Assembly (NCBI GenBank): GCA_964400565.1
Contig: CAYNUP010000158.1
Span: forward strand, 1 to 49,227
DNA length: 49,227 nucleotides
Source of the DNA: an uncultured bacterium
GTDB taxonomy: Bacteria > Ratteibacteria > UBA8468 > B48-G9 > JAFGKM01
Direction of reading: 5' to 3'
A program made the translations under genes and the position numbers. The notes under the pieces were generated by a model. The model saw only the letters and a program-made list of their open reading frames with translations. It was not told the DNA's origin and ran no database searches. The first letter of the stretch is position 1; each line of letters opens with the position of its first letter. Of the stretch, positions 28,550 through 36,913 are shown in pieces.

Positions 28550-29636
28550 AATTTGTATTTCAGGACTTCTACTTATAGTTTCTGGAACTCTATTTGTTTT
28601 GAGTTCAAGTTTTTTTTACGGAATTGAGAAAAATGACCCTACTCGTTATTTTGAAAGACATATTTTTTATCTCTTTATAGGTTTAATTTTATTTTACGCC
28701 ATTCACAAGATAGATATTAAAAAAATTGAAAAATTTTCTTTTTTAATATTCCTTTTTTCACTTTTTATTATCCCTCTGCCGAATATTCAGGGAAATTTAA
28801 GATGGGCAAAAATTGGACCTATTTCATTTCAACCATCTGAATTTGTTAAACTATCTTTTATTATTTATCTTGCAAGTTATTTTAAAAAAAGAATAAAAGA
28901 AATAAATAACTGGAAAGTAATTTTAATACCTTCTGTTTTCTGGTTATTAATAAGCGGAATTTTACAATTACAGAAAGATCTTGGCACATTTTTCATTATT
29001 ACGCTTATATTTGGAGGGATTCTATTTATGTGTGGATTAAAATTAAAATATATTCTTAGAATATCCGGAGTGTTTTTGGTATTGATGGTCATTTTTATTA
29101 TAATTTTCCCTTATAGAATTGAGAGAATTAAAATATTTCTTGACCAGGATAAGGATCTTCTTGGGAAAAATTATCAAATTATTCAGGCAAAAATTTCTTT
29201 AAGTTCTGGAGGGATTTTTGGAAAGGGACCAGGTGCAGGAACAGGTAAATTAAAATTTCTTCCAGAAGCACATAAAGATTTCATATATGCAGTTGTTGGA
29301 GAAGAATTTGGATTTATTGGAACAGTTGGAACTCTTATTCTTTTTGGATTTTTTGTATTCTGCGGTCTTGAGATTTCAAAATTATGTATTGATATGTTTG
29401 AGAAGATTTTATCATATGGAATAAGCATTTTATTTGGATTTCAATTTTTATTACATTCAGGAGTGGTTGTTTCTATTCTACCACCAAAAGGAACCACTCT
29501 ACCCTTTTTTAGTATTGGAGGTTCTTCTTTAATTGTAAGTTTAGTTTCTTATGGACTATTACTTAAAATTGCTGAAAATGTAACAAGTCAAAGGAACCTA
29601 AAAGATATAGATGAAATTGTTTTAAATTTAAAATGA
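28515..29636 (+). CDS. ftsW: SEDS-family peptidoglycan glycosyltransferase FtsW
   Basis: FQPSEFVKL, PEAHKDFIYAVVGEEFGFIG and PFFSIGGSS are SEDS signatures. ORF track starts at 28482; ATG at 28515 follows GGAGAGAGGAG. Confidence 0.9.
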   Translation: MFSKKRYLLYYKICISGLLLIVSGTLFVLSSSFFYGIEKNDPTRYFERHIFYLFIGLILFYAIHKIDIKKIEKFSFLIFLFSLFIIPLPNIQGNLRWAKIGPISFQPSEFVKLSFIIYLASYFKKRIKEINNWKVILIPSVFWLLISGILQLQKDLGTFFIITLIFGGILFMCGLKLKYILRISGVFLVLMVIFIIIFPYRIERIKIFLDQDKDLLGKNYQIIQAKISLSSGGIFGKGPGAGTGKLKFLPEAHKDFIYAVVGEEFGFIGTVGTLILFGFFVFCGLEISKLCIDMFEKILSYGISILFGFQFLLHSGVVVSILPPKGTTLPFFSIGGSSLIVSLVSYGLLLKIAENVTSQRNLKDIDEIVLNLK

Positions 29637-30307
29637 AATTGAAAGGCATTATATTTGATGGAGATGGAGTTTTGTTTGATACTGAAAAATTGCATGTAAT
29701 GGCATGGAAGAAAGTTTTATCTTCTTATGGAATATCTTTAAATTTTAAAGATTTTGAGGAAGGGATTGGAGTTGAGGATAGTGAATTTTTGAAGAAGATG
29801 AAAAGAAAGGGAAAAATCTCAAAAAATTTAAATATTGAGAAACTTGTTGAAGAAAAGAGCAAAGAACTATTAAATATTCTGGATGTTGAAAATGTAAAGA
29901 TATCCATTAAAATAAAAAATGTTTTAAAAATTTTAAAAAGAAAATACAAAATTGCAATTGCTTCAAATTCAGAAAGAAAATTTGTTTTAAAGGTGCTTGA
30001 AAAACTTAAAATCTCAGAATATTTTGACACAATTATTACAAGAGATGATGTAAAAAATCCAAAGCCATCTCCTGAAATATATTTATTAATTTCAAAAAAA
30101 CTAAAAATTCCACCTTCTAACCTGATTGCTTTTGAAGATTCTAATACAGGAATATCAGCAGCAAAAAAAGGAGGGATTTTCTGTGTAGGAGTTGCTACTA
30201 CACAACCTGTAGAAAAAATTAAAAATGCTGATATAATTATAAATGAATTGAACCTTAAAAATGTTAAAAAAGTGATAAAAAATTTTGAAGGGAAAAATGA
30301 AAATTAA
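29633..30307 (+). CDS. HAD-IA family hydrolase (beta-phosphoglucomutase/phosphatase-like)
   Basis: Motif I FDGDGVLFDTE (DxDxV), motif II IASNS, KPSPEIY, motif IV FEDSNTG. The ATG overlaps the ftsW stop (ATGA). Confidence 0.8.
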   Translation: MKLKGIIFDGDGVLFDTEKLHVMAWKKVLSSYGISLNFKDFEEGIGVEDSEFLKKMKRKGKISKNLNIEKLVEEKSKELLNILDVENVKISIKIKNVLKILKRKYKIAIASNSERKFVLKVLEKLKISEYFDTIITRDDVKNPKPSPEIYLLISKKLKIPPSNLIAFEDSNTGISAAKKGGIFCVGVATTQPVEKIKNADIIINELNLKNVKKVIKNFEGKNEN

Positions 30308-31511
30308 AAATTTAGAATCTGAAAGAATAAGAAATTTACCTGTTTATATGTTTCAGGAGATAAATACAAGGAAACTTCAATTAAGGAAAGAAGGCAGAGA
30401 TATTATTGACCTTGGAATGGGAAATCCTGATAAACCTCCACCAGCACCTGTAATAGAAAAATTGAAGGAAGTCCTTAAAGACCCAAAAGTTCATAGATAT
30501 AGTGCATCAAAGGGAATTTTACATTTAAGAAAAGAAATATGTAACTGGTATGAAAGAAGGTTTGGAGTAAAAATTGACCCAGAGGAAGAGGCGATTGTGT
30601 GTATTGGGTCAAAAGAAGGAATAAGCCATCTTGCACTTGCAATATTTGATAAAGGGGATGTAGTGCTTGTTCCAAATCCTACATATCCAAGTCATCTTTA
30701 TAGTATTATAATAGCAGGAGGGACTATTTATGACATGCCTTTGACAAAAGAAAACAATTTCATTCCAGACCTTTCACAACCTATTTACGATAGATATCCA
30801 AAACCAAAAGCAATGATTTTAAGTTATCCGAATAATCCTACTACTCAGGTTGTAAATATTGATTTTTTTAAAGAAGCAGTGAAATTTGCAAAGAAAAATG
30901 ACCTTATAGTAATTCATGATATTGCATATTCTGAAATATATTTTGAAAAGGAATATAAACCACCAAGTTTCCTTCAGGTAGATGGTGCAAAAAATGTTGG
31001 GATTGAGTTCTATTCGCTTTCAAAAACATATAATATGGCTGGTTGGCGTGTAGGATTTGCTGTTGGAAATAAGTATGTAATAAAGGCACTCGCAAAACTT
31101 AAAAGTTATTACGACTATGGCATATTTACACCAATTCAGATTTCTGCAATATGTGCTTTGCGCCTTGATGAAAAATATATAGACCAGGTAAGGGAAACAT
31201 ATAAAAGAAGAAGAGATGTGCTTGTAGATGGTCTTAACAGAATTGGTTGGAATGTGGAAAAACCAAAAGCAACAATGTATGTATGGGCTGAAATACCTGA
31301 AAAATTTAAAAGTATGGGTTCTATGAGATTTTCTTTATATTTACTTGAAAATGCAGAAGTAGCGGTATCTCCTGGAGCAGGATTTGGGAAATATGGAGAA
31401 GGATATATAAGGTTTGCTCTTGTTGAAAATGAACAGAGAATAAGACAGGCAATTAGAAATATAAAAAAATTGGACCCGGGCGGATTCGAACCACCAACCA
31501 ACGGATTATGA
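30297..31511 (+). CDS. alaC: class I/II PLP-dependent aminotransferase, AlaC/YfdZ-like alanine transaminase
   Basis: LPVYMFQEI, IIDLGMGNPDKPPPAPVIEKL (compare E. coli AlaC IIDLSMGNPDGPTPPHIVEKL), NPTTQV, SLSKTYNMAGWRVGF (PLP lysine). ORF track starts at TTG 30285. The last 41 nt are antisense to the tRNA. Confidence 0.8.
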   Translation: MKIKNLESERIRNLPVYMFQEINTRKLQLRKEGRDIIDLGMGNPDKPPPAPVIEKLKEVLKDPKVHRYSASKGILHLRKEICNWYERRFGVKIDPEEEAIVCIGSKEGISHLALAIFDKGDVVLVPNPTYPSHLYSIIIAGGTIYDMPLTKENNFIPDLSQPIYDRYPKPKAMILSYPNNPTTQVVNIDFFKEAVKFAKKNDLIVIHDIAYSEIYFEKEYKPPSFLQVDGAKNVGIEFYSLSKTYNMAGWRVGFAVGNKYVIKALAKLKSYYDYGIFTPIQISAICALRLDEKYIDQVRETYKRRRDVLVDGLNRIGWNVEKPKATMYVWAEIPEKFKSMGSMRFSLYLLENAEVAVSPGAGFGKYGEGYIRFALVENEQRIRQAIRNIKKLDPGGFEPPTNGL

Positions 31512-31542
31512 GTCCGCTGCTCTGCCGTTGAGCTACGGGTCC
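31471..31542 (-). tRNA. tRNA with anticodon CAT (elongator Met, or Ile2 read via lysidine)
   Basis: The minus strand reads GGACCCG-TA-GCTC-AACGGCA-GAGC-A-GCGGA-CTCATAA-TCCGT-TGGTT-GGTGG-TTCGAAT-CCGCC-CGGGTCC-A. This is a full 72-nt cloverleaf with GG in the D loop and a TTCGAAT T loop; no CCA is encoded. The anticodon stem lacks the three G-C pairs of initiator tRNA. C4-G69 and C5-G68 resemble tRNA-Ile2 TilS determinants. Confidence 0.9.
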
Positions 31543-31556
31543 TTTGTTTTATATAT

Positions 31557-31584
31557 ATTATACCAGTTTAAAAAAATTTTTCAA
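31557..31584 (-). promoter_or_regulatory. candidate sigma70 promoter of the tRNA gene
   Basis: The minus strand reads TTGAAA-N16-TATAAT, ending 14 nt upstream of tRNA position 1. Confidence 0.5.
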
Positions 31585-31595
31585 GATTTGGGATT

Positions 31596-32345
31596 TTACC
31601 TGAATTTATAAAGAATGTCATCAGAATTAGGATTGTCAACAGTTCCATCAGCATTTGCATCACCTGGAATTGTTGCTTTATAACCTGTTTCAAGTTTTCC
31701 ATTTGGACCTGCTGAATAAATTATCATAACTTTTTCACCCTCTATTCCATGTGATGAAATTGTTCTGTCATCATAAGCAACAAGATAAGTATGTCCCCAA
31801 GGATCAAGAGGAGTACCATAAGGAACTCTATTTTCTAGTTCTTGATCCGTCCCCCAATCAGAAGAAGCAGATACTTGAGGAACAGAACCATTACTTTGTT
31901 GATAAGTTGCTTTTGGTTGAAAAGTTATATAAGGTCCATCCCAATTATGTCCTTGTGTTATTTCTGATTCGCCATCTGTAGAATCTTTAAGATTATCATA
32001 AGAATTATCGGAAACATAAACAACATAAACAAAAGTATAAGTTCCTTCTTTAGGCGGGGAATCACTTGGATTATAAGGTAAGGTCCCTCTTCCAAAAGGA
32101 TAACCTGTATGTGAAGAAGATGCTAAATTAACATCACTTAAATCACATAATCTTACATACCAACCAACATCCATTTTTACCATTGTCATTACACTTGCTA
32201 AATTTGCCATTTCTGCTTTTGCTTTATCTATTAATGCTTTGCTTCTTGATTTTCTTATTGCTGGAAGAAGAAGTCCTGCCAAAAAAGCAATAATAACCAT
32301 AACAACAAGCAATTCAATAACTGTAAAACCAATTTTCTTTTTCAT
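31596..32345 (-). CDS. GspG/PulG-like pseudopilin with large insertion (prepilin-type N-terminal cleavage/methylation domain)
   Basis: MKKKIG|[24 protein letters not shown] with Glu+5. AKAEMANL helix. C-terminal DPWGHTY...IIYSAGPNGK matches the GspG DPWGxxY...GxDG core. About 100 extra residues lie between the helix and this core. Asp-rich tail DANADGTVDNPNSDD. Confidence 0.75.
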   Translation of the reverse strand: MKKKIGFTVIELLVVMVIIAFLAGLLLPAIRKSRSKALIDKAKAEMANLASVMTMVKMDVGWYVRLCDLSDVNLASSSHTGYPFGRGTLPYNPSDSPPKEGTYTFVYVVYVSDNSYDNLKDSTDGESEITQGHNWDGPYITFQPKATYQQSNGSVPQVSASSDWGTDQELENRVPYGTPLDPWGHTYLVAYDDRTISSHGIEGEKVMIIYSAGPNGKLETGYKATIPGDANADGTVDNPNSDDILYKFR

Positions 32346-32357
32346 TTTCTCTCCTTT

Positions 32358-32786
32358 TTAAATATGTCCTTTACTTTTTAGAAAATCTAAAACTTCTTTT
32401 ACAAATTTTTCAAAAATATTTAAATTTTCACATACATTTAAAACTTCCTCCTCATCAACTTCCCAATAAAGATGAACAAGACGATTTCTTAATCCAGTTA
32501 ATTTAACCATTTCCTTTTCTAATTCCTCACTTATGATATTTTCTTTCCTTAAATTTCTAAATATCTCTTTATAAGTATCTGGTCTTTTCAGAGAAAGCCC
32601 TGAAATTATATGATTCCCAATATTTAAACAATCTTCTATAGCAAGTTGTAAATTTCTTTCAATTGCTGGAATTAATATTTCTTTTTGTTCTTTTCTATCT
32701 TTTAAATCTTTTATTTTCCCAATATGTTCTTTTAATCTTTCAATCTGCAAAAACAATTTTTCTTTATCAATCCCAGAAGGAACCAT
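32358..32786 (-). CDS. hepT: HepT-like (DUF86, HEPN) ribonuclease toxin of a type VII toxin-antitoxin pair
   Basis: RNRLVHLYW is the HEPN R-x4-H motif with the following Tyr. About 140 aa. It overlaps the end of the upstream MntA-like gene. ORF track starts at TTG 32792; an ATG lies at 32786. Confidence 0.8.
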   Translation of the reverse strand: MVPSGIDKEKLFLQIERLKEHIGKIKDLKDRKEQKEILIPAIERNLQLAIEDCLNIGNHIISGLSLKRPDTYKEIFRNLRKENIISEELEKEMVKLTGLRNRLVHLYWEVDEEEVLNVCENLNIFEKFVKEVLDFLKSKGHI

Positions 32787-33216
32787 TTTCAATTTTTTCT
32801 CTCATCTTTTCAAAATATTCATTTCTCATATAGGAAGTGTCAAAATATTCATTTTCTTTTTTTGTTTCAAATTCAATTTTTGTTTTTAAATCTTTTGCAT
32901 ATAAACATTTTCCTTCTTTTAAAATTCTATGTATTAATGTTAAGGATGCTCTTTTTAAATTTACAATATCTATTGCCTCATCTTCAAAAATTTCTTCAAG
33001 TTTTTCAATCAATTCAATTTCTTTATCAAAATTTTCTTCAGGTAAATAGGCAATATCTATATCACTAAGTTTCCATGTTTTTCCAGTTGAATATGAGCCA
33101 TAAATATAAAAAAGGGAAATTTTAAATTCATTACAAACTTTTTCAATATCTTTTTCAATTTTTTCAAAATCAATTTTTTTACCTTCCCTACTCTTTAAAA
33201 CAGAATAAAACCTCAT
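32767..33216 (-). CDS. mntA: MntA-like minimal nucleotidyltransferase antitoxin
   Basis: [21 protein letters not shown] is a GS-x9-SDIDI Pol-beta NTase motif. 149 aa. The ATG overlaps the stop of the upstream pilin gene (ATGA). Confidence 0.8.
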   Translation of the reverse strand: MRFYSVLKSREGKKIDFEKIEKDIEKVCNEFKISLFYIYGSYSTGKTWKLSDIDIAYLPEENFDKEIELIEKLEEIFEDEAIDIVNLKRASLTLIHRILKEGKCLYAKDLKTKIEFETKKENEYFDTSYMRNEYFEKMREKIENGSFWD

Positions 33217-33851
33217 TCTTCACCCCATTGCCCTTTATTTATAGTTATTGACCCTCCATCCTTCTGGCAAGCAACATTCCCCATATATGTATCTGTTGAA
33301 AAATCTATCTCCTGCAAATTTATCCAATTTACAGAACCATCTATATATAATGTATTTATTCCCCAAGCATGATTTCCAATTAAAGGGTCGAAACCATTTG
33401 GTAAATTTGAATACTTTGACAGGTCTTTTTTATTATATATTCCTCTATCACTTATCATTGGAACTGGTTTTGTTGACTTATTTGATGTTGTTAGTCCAAA
33501 AACAAAAGCATAAGAATTATTCCATGAACTACTATCAATTGTTGTTGGAAGTGGATTATTTCTACCTATTGAACTTGGACACCAGAATGTTTTTGGAGTA
33601 TTTATGTAATTGGGATAAATTGATTTTCCACCAATATAAAGACCTTCAGGTGAAGAAGGAAATTTTTCATAATGGTCCTCTGCATACATTTCATAAGCAA
33701 CAGAAAACTGTTTTAAATTGGTCATACAAGTTGTTCTTCTTGCTCTTTCTCTTGCTGTAGATAAGGCGGGTAAAAGTAATCCAGCAAGAACTGCTATTAT
33801 AGCAATAACCACAAGAAGTTCTATAAGTGTAAAACCACTTTTTTTTTCCAT
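33213..33851 (-). CDS. prepilin-type N-terminal cleavage/methylation domain protein, DUF1559 (H-X9-DG) family
   Basis: MEKKSG|[36 protein letters not shown], and C-terminal [14 protein letters not shown], which is H-X9-DG. Confidence 0.85.
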   Translation of the reverse strand: MEKKSGFTLIELLVVIAIIAVLAGLLLPALSTARERARRTTCMTNLKQFSVAYEMYAEDHYEKFPSSPEGLYIGGKSIYPNYINTPKTFWCPSSIGRNNPLPTTIDSSSWNNSYAFVFGLTTSNKSTKPVPMISDRGIYNKKDLSKYSNLPNGFDPLIGNHAWGINTLYIDGSVNWINLQEIDFSTDTYMGNVACQKDGGSITINKGQWGEE

Positions 33852-33865
33852 TATATTCTCCTTTT

Positions 33866-35179
33866 TTATTCTCCACCACCTCCACCTCCTCCTGTGGCTC
33901 CAGATAAACTCATAGCAATTTTAATCAGAGGCATATAAAGAGAAATAACTATAAAACCAACAACTCCACCAAGAAATACAATCATTATTGGTTCTATCAT
34001 TGAAGCAAGTGCTGCAACTGCTGAATCAACTTCTGCTTCATAAGCATCTGCTATTTTATCAAGCATAGCATCCATCTGTCCTGTTTCTTCTCCTACCGCA
34101 ACCATATTTGTTACCATCGGAGGAAATACCTTTGTTCTTAACATTGGACCTGCTATTCCTTCTCCTTCCCTTACTCTATTTCTTATCTCATTTATTCCAT
34201 TTGCTATAACATCATTACCAACTGTATCCCTTACAATCTGCAATGACTGTAATATAGGAACACCACTTGAAATTAAAGTCGCAAATGTCCTTGCAAACCT
34301 TGCAATTATTGTCTTTGAAATGATTGGTCCAAAAAGGAAAATTTTTAATTTCAACATATCTATCCAGTATTTTGTAAACTTAATTTTCATAAGGATTTTG
34401 TAAAATATAAAAAGTGCAAAAATACCTGCAATAACAAGCGGTGCTTTCTGGGTCATAAGTTTTGATATTGCTATAACCATTTTTGTTGGTGCAGGTAAAT
34501 CTCCCACTTCCATATCCTGAAATATTTGGATAAATGTTGGAACTATTTTTAACATAATAAAGGTTAACATACCAATTGTAACAAAAAGGACAACAGTAGG
34601 ATATGCCATCGCTGATTTTATTTTTCCTCTCAATTTTGCTTCCTTCTCCATGAAATCTGCAAGTCGGGAAAGAACTATTTCAAGGGCTCCACCTGCTTCT
34701 CCTGCTTTTACCATAGCAACATATATTCTTGGGAAACTACTCGGATGTTTACTCAATGCTTCTGAAAATAATGAACCACTTTCAATATCATCTGCTATTT
34801 TACCAAGAATAACACTTGCTGCTCCTTTCCTCTGTTCTTTTAAAACTCTTAATGATCTTAAAAGTGGAAGTCCTGCACCAATTAGTGTTGCTAACTGTCT
34901 TGTTATAATCATTAATTCTTTCGGTTTTATTTTATTTCCACCAATAAATGGGATTGGAATTGACATTGAAAGTCCAGTCCCTGTTTTCTTCTTTGTAGTT
35001 GGTTTCGGTTTTGCCTCAGTTGAACTTTTTGTTGCCTGTGTTTTTGCTGGAGTAACACTTGTAACAAAATATCCCATACCCTTTAATTTTGCTATTGCCT
35101 CCTGAACTCCAGAAGCATCTATTGTCCCCTTTAATGTTTTCCCTGAACTGTCTATCGCATTATACTGAAATAATGCCAT
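33866..35179 (-). CDS. pilC: type II secretion system F family platform protein (PilC/GspF)
   Basis: N-terminal [19 protein letters not shown]. Two T2SSF repeats ([19 protein letters not shown] and [19 protein letters not shown]). Three TM segments. Ends in a GGGGGGGE tail. Confidence 0.9.
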   Translation of the reverse strand: MALFQYNAIDSSGKTLKGTIDASGVQEAIAKLKGMGYFVTSVTPAKTQATKSSTEAKPKPTTKKKTGTGLSMSIPIPFIGGNKIKPKELMIITRQLATLIGAGLPLLRSLRVLKEQRKGAASVILGKIADDIESGSLFSEALSKHPSSFPRIYVAMVKAGEAGGALEIVLSRLADFMEKEAKLRGKIKSAMAYPTVVLFVTIGMLTFIMLKIVPTFIQIFQDMEVGDLPAPTKMVIAISKLMTQKAPLVIAGIFALFIFYKILMKIKFTKYWIDMLKLKIFLFGPIISKTIIARFARTFATLISSGVPILQSLQIVRDTVGNDVIANGINEIRNRVREGEGIAGPMLRTKVFPPMVTNMVAVGEETGQMDAMLDKIADAYEAEVDSAVAALASMIEPIMIVFLGGVVGFIVISLYMPLIKIAMSLSGATGGGGGGGE

Positions 35180-35193
35180 TTTATCTTCTCCTT

Positions 35194-36912
35194 TTAATAA
35201 CCATGGACTTCCTTTGCAACTTCCTCTATAGTAGTTATACCCATATTTATTTTTTGAAGTCCATCATCAAGCAATGTTTTCATTCCACAACTTTTTATAG
35301 CAATCTCCCTTATTTCTCCAAGAGGTCTTCTTTCATATATTGCCTGCCAGAATTCTTCATTTGGTGTTAATATTTCAAAAATCCCTGTTCTTCCCTTATA
35401 CCCTCCTCTACAGAAAGGACATCCAACAGGTCTGTAAAATTTCATATTCTCTGCCTGCTCAGGAGTTAAACTAACCTGCATTAATTCCTGTTTTGTTGGT
35501 CTGTATTCCTGTTTACATCTTGGACATAAAACTCTTACAAGTCGCTGTGCTATAACTCCTTCAATTGTAGATGCAAGTAAAAATGGTTCAACATTCATAT
35601 CAACAAGTCGGTAAATTGTCGTCGGAGCATCATTTGTATGTAATGTACTTAAAACAATATGACCTGTTAATGATGCCTGAATTGCCATCTGTGCTGTATC
35701 AAAATCCCTTACCTCTCCAACAAGTATAATATCAGGGTCCTGCCTTAATATACTCCTTAAACATCTTGCAAATGTAAGTCCAATATGTTCTTTAATTGGA
35801 ACCTGAATTGCTCCTTCAAGCATATATTCAACAGGGTCTTCTGTTGTTATTACTTTTACATCAGGGGTATTCAGTTTTCTTAATATAGCATATAATGTTG
35901 TGGTTTTCCCGCATCCTGTAGGTCCTGTTGCAAGTATTATTCCATGTGGTTTTCTTATCATCCTTTCAATCTTTTCCATATCATCTGGTAAAAGCCCAAG
36001 GTTTTCAAGTTCAAATATTGTTTTTCCTCTATCAAGAACTCTAATTGCAAGACATTCACCAAAAACAGTAGGAACAGTATTTACACGAAGGTCAACATCT
36101 CTACCCATAACAGACAGTTCTATTCTTCCATCCTGAGGAAGTCTTCTTTCTGCTATATCCATACCAGCCATAATTTTAAATCTACAAAATAATGCAAAAG
36201 CAAGTCCTTTTGGTGGATGAACCAAATCATACAAAACACCATCAACTCTGTATCTTACTCTAAAATCATCTTCAAATGGTTCAAGATGGACATCTGAGGC
36301 ATTATCTCTTACTGTTTGAAGTAAAATCAGGTCAAATAATTTAACAACAGGTGGTAAAGAAGCAATTTCTTCAAGAGATGTAATTGTTGCATATTCTCCC
36401 TGACTTGCTATTGCTTCCAGTTCTTCCATCTCTTCAACATCCTGAGCAAGCCATTTTATTAAGTCATCTATTGTTTCTATTTCTTTACCATAATATGTCT
36501 CAATTGCTTCTTTTATATCATTTTCATCCGCAATAACCATTTTTATTTTATAACCGAGAATAAATGAAATATCATCCTGAATATTTAAACTTATAGTATC
36601 TCCAACTGCAAGGGTTAAAGTATCTCTTTCAAGTTTAATTGGAACTACATTATATGTTTTTGCAAGTGCTGATGGAAAGACCTCAATTGCTTTTCTATCT
36701 ATGGGTGTATTTTTTAAATCAACCATTTCAATACCTGCCTGAATACTTAAAACTCTTTTTAAATCCTTTTCAGAAACAAAACCAAGGTCAACAAGAATTC
36801 TTCCAAGAAAATAGCCTGTTTCCCTCTGTTTTTCAAGTGCCATTTTAAGTTGTTGCTCTGTTATAAGTCCTTCTTCAATAAGCATCTGCCCGATTAACTT
36901 TCTTGCAGTCAT
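35194..36912 (-). CDS. pilB: GspE/PilB-family pilus extension ATPase with MshEN-like N-terminal domain (paralogue 2)
   Basis: Walker A GPTGCGKTTT, Asp box, Walker B ILVGEVRD, His box STLHTND, tetracysteine CPRC...CPFC. The N-terminus carries two 24-residue MshEN-type repeats. Confidence 0.9.
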   Translation of the reverse strand: MTARKLIGQMLIEEGLITEQQLKMALEKQRETGYFLGRILVDLGFVSEKDLKRVLSIQAGIEMVDLKNTPIDRKAIEVFPSALAKTYNVVPIKLERDTLTLAVGDTISLNIQDDISFILGYKIKMVIADENDIKEAIETYYGKEIETIDDLIKWLAQDVEEMEELEAIASQGEYATITSLEEIASLPPVVKLFDLILLQTVRDNASDVHLEPFEDDFRVRYRVDGVLYDLVHPPKGLAFALFCRFKIMAGMDIAERRLPQDGRIELSVMGRDVDLRVNTVPTVFGECLAIRVLDRGKTIFELENLGLLPDDMEKIERMIRKPHGIILATGPTGCGKTTTLYAILRKLNTPDVKVITTEDPVEYMLEGAIQVPIKEHIGLTFARCLRSILRQDPDIILVGEVRDFDTAQMAIQASLTGHIVLSTLHTNDAPTTIYRLVDMNVEPFLLASTIEGVIAQRLVRVLCPRCKQEYRPTKQELMQVSLTPEQAENMKFYRPVGCPFCRGGYKGRTGIFEILTPNEEFWQAIYERRPLGEIREIAIKSCGMKTLLDDGLQKINMGITTIEEVAKEVHGY

Positions 36913-36913
36913 A

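Noticed and set aside
33248-33760. Long antisense ORFs in the track: 170 aa at 33248..33760, 151 aa at 34650..35105, 127 aa at 10148..10531, 122 aa at 24401..24769, 121 aa at 31136..31501, 114 aa at 17647..17991.
   Set aside because: Each lies wholly opposite a gene with clear family motifs (pilin, pilC, cysS, murE, aminotransferase/tRNA, lemA). Each has a low-complexity, Leu/Phe/Ser-rich translation, and those I checked begin at non-ATG codons without a Shine-Dalgarno. These are shadow ORFs.
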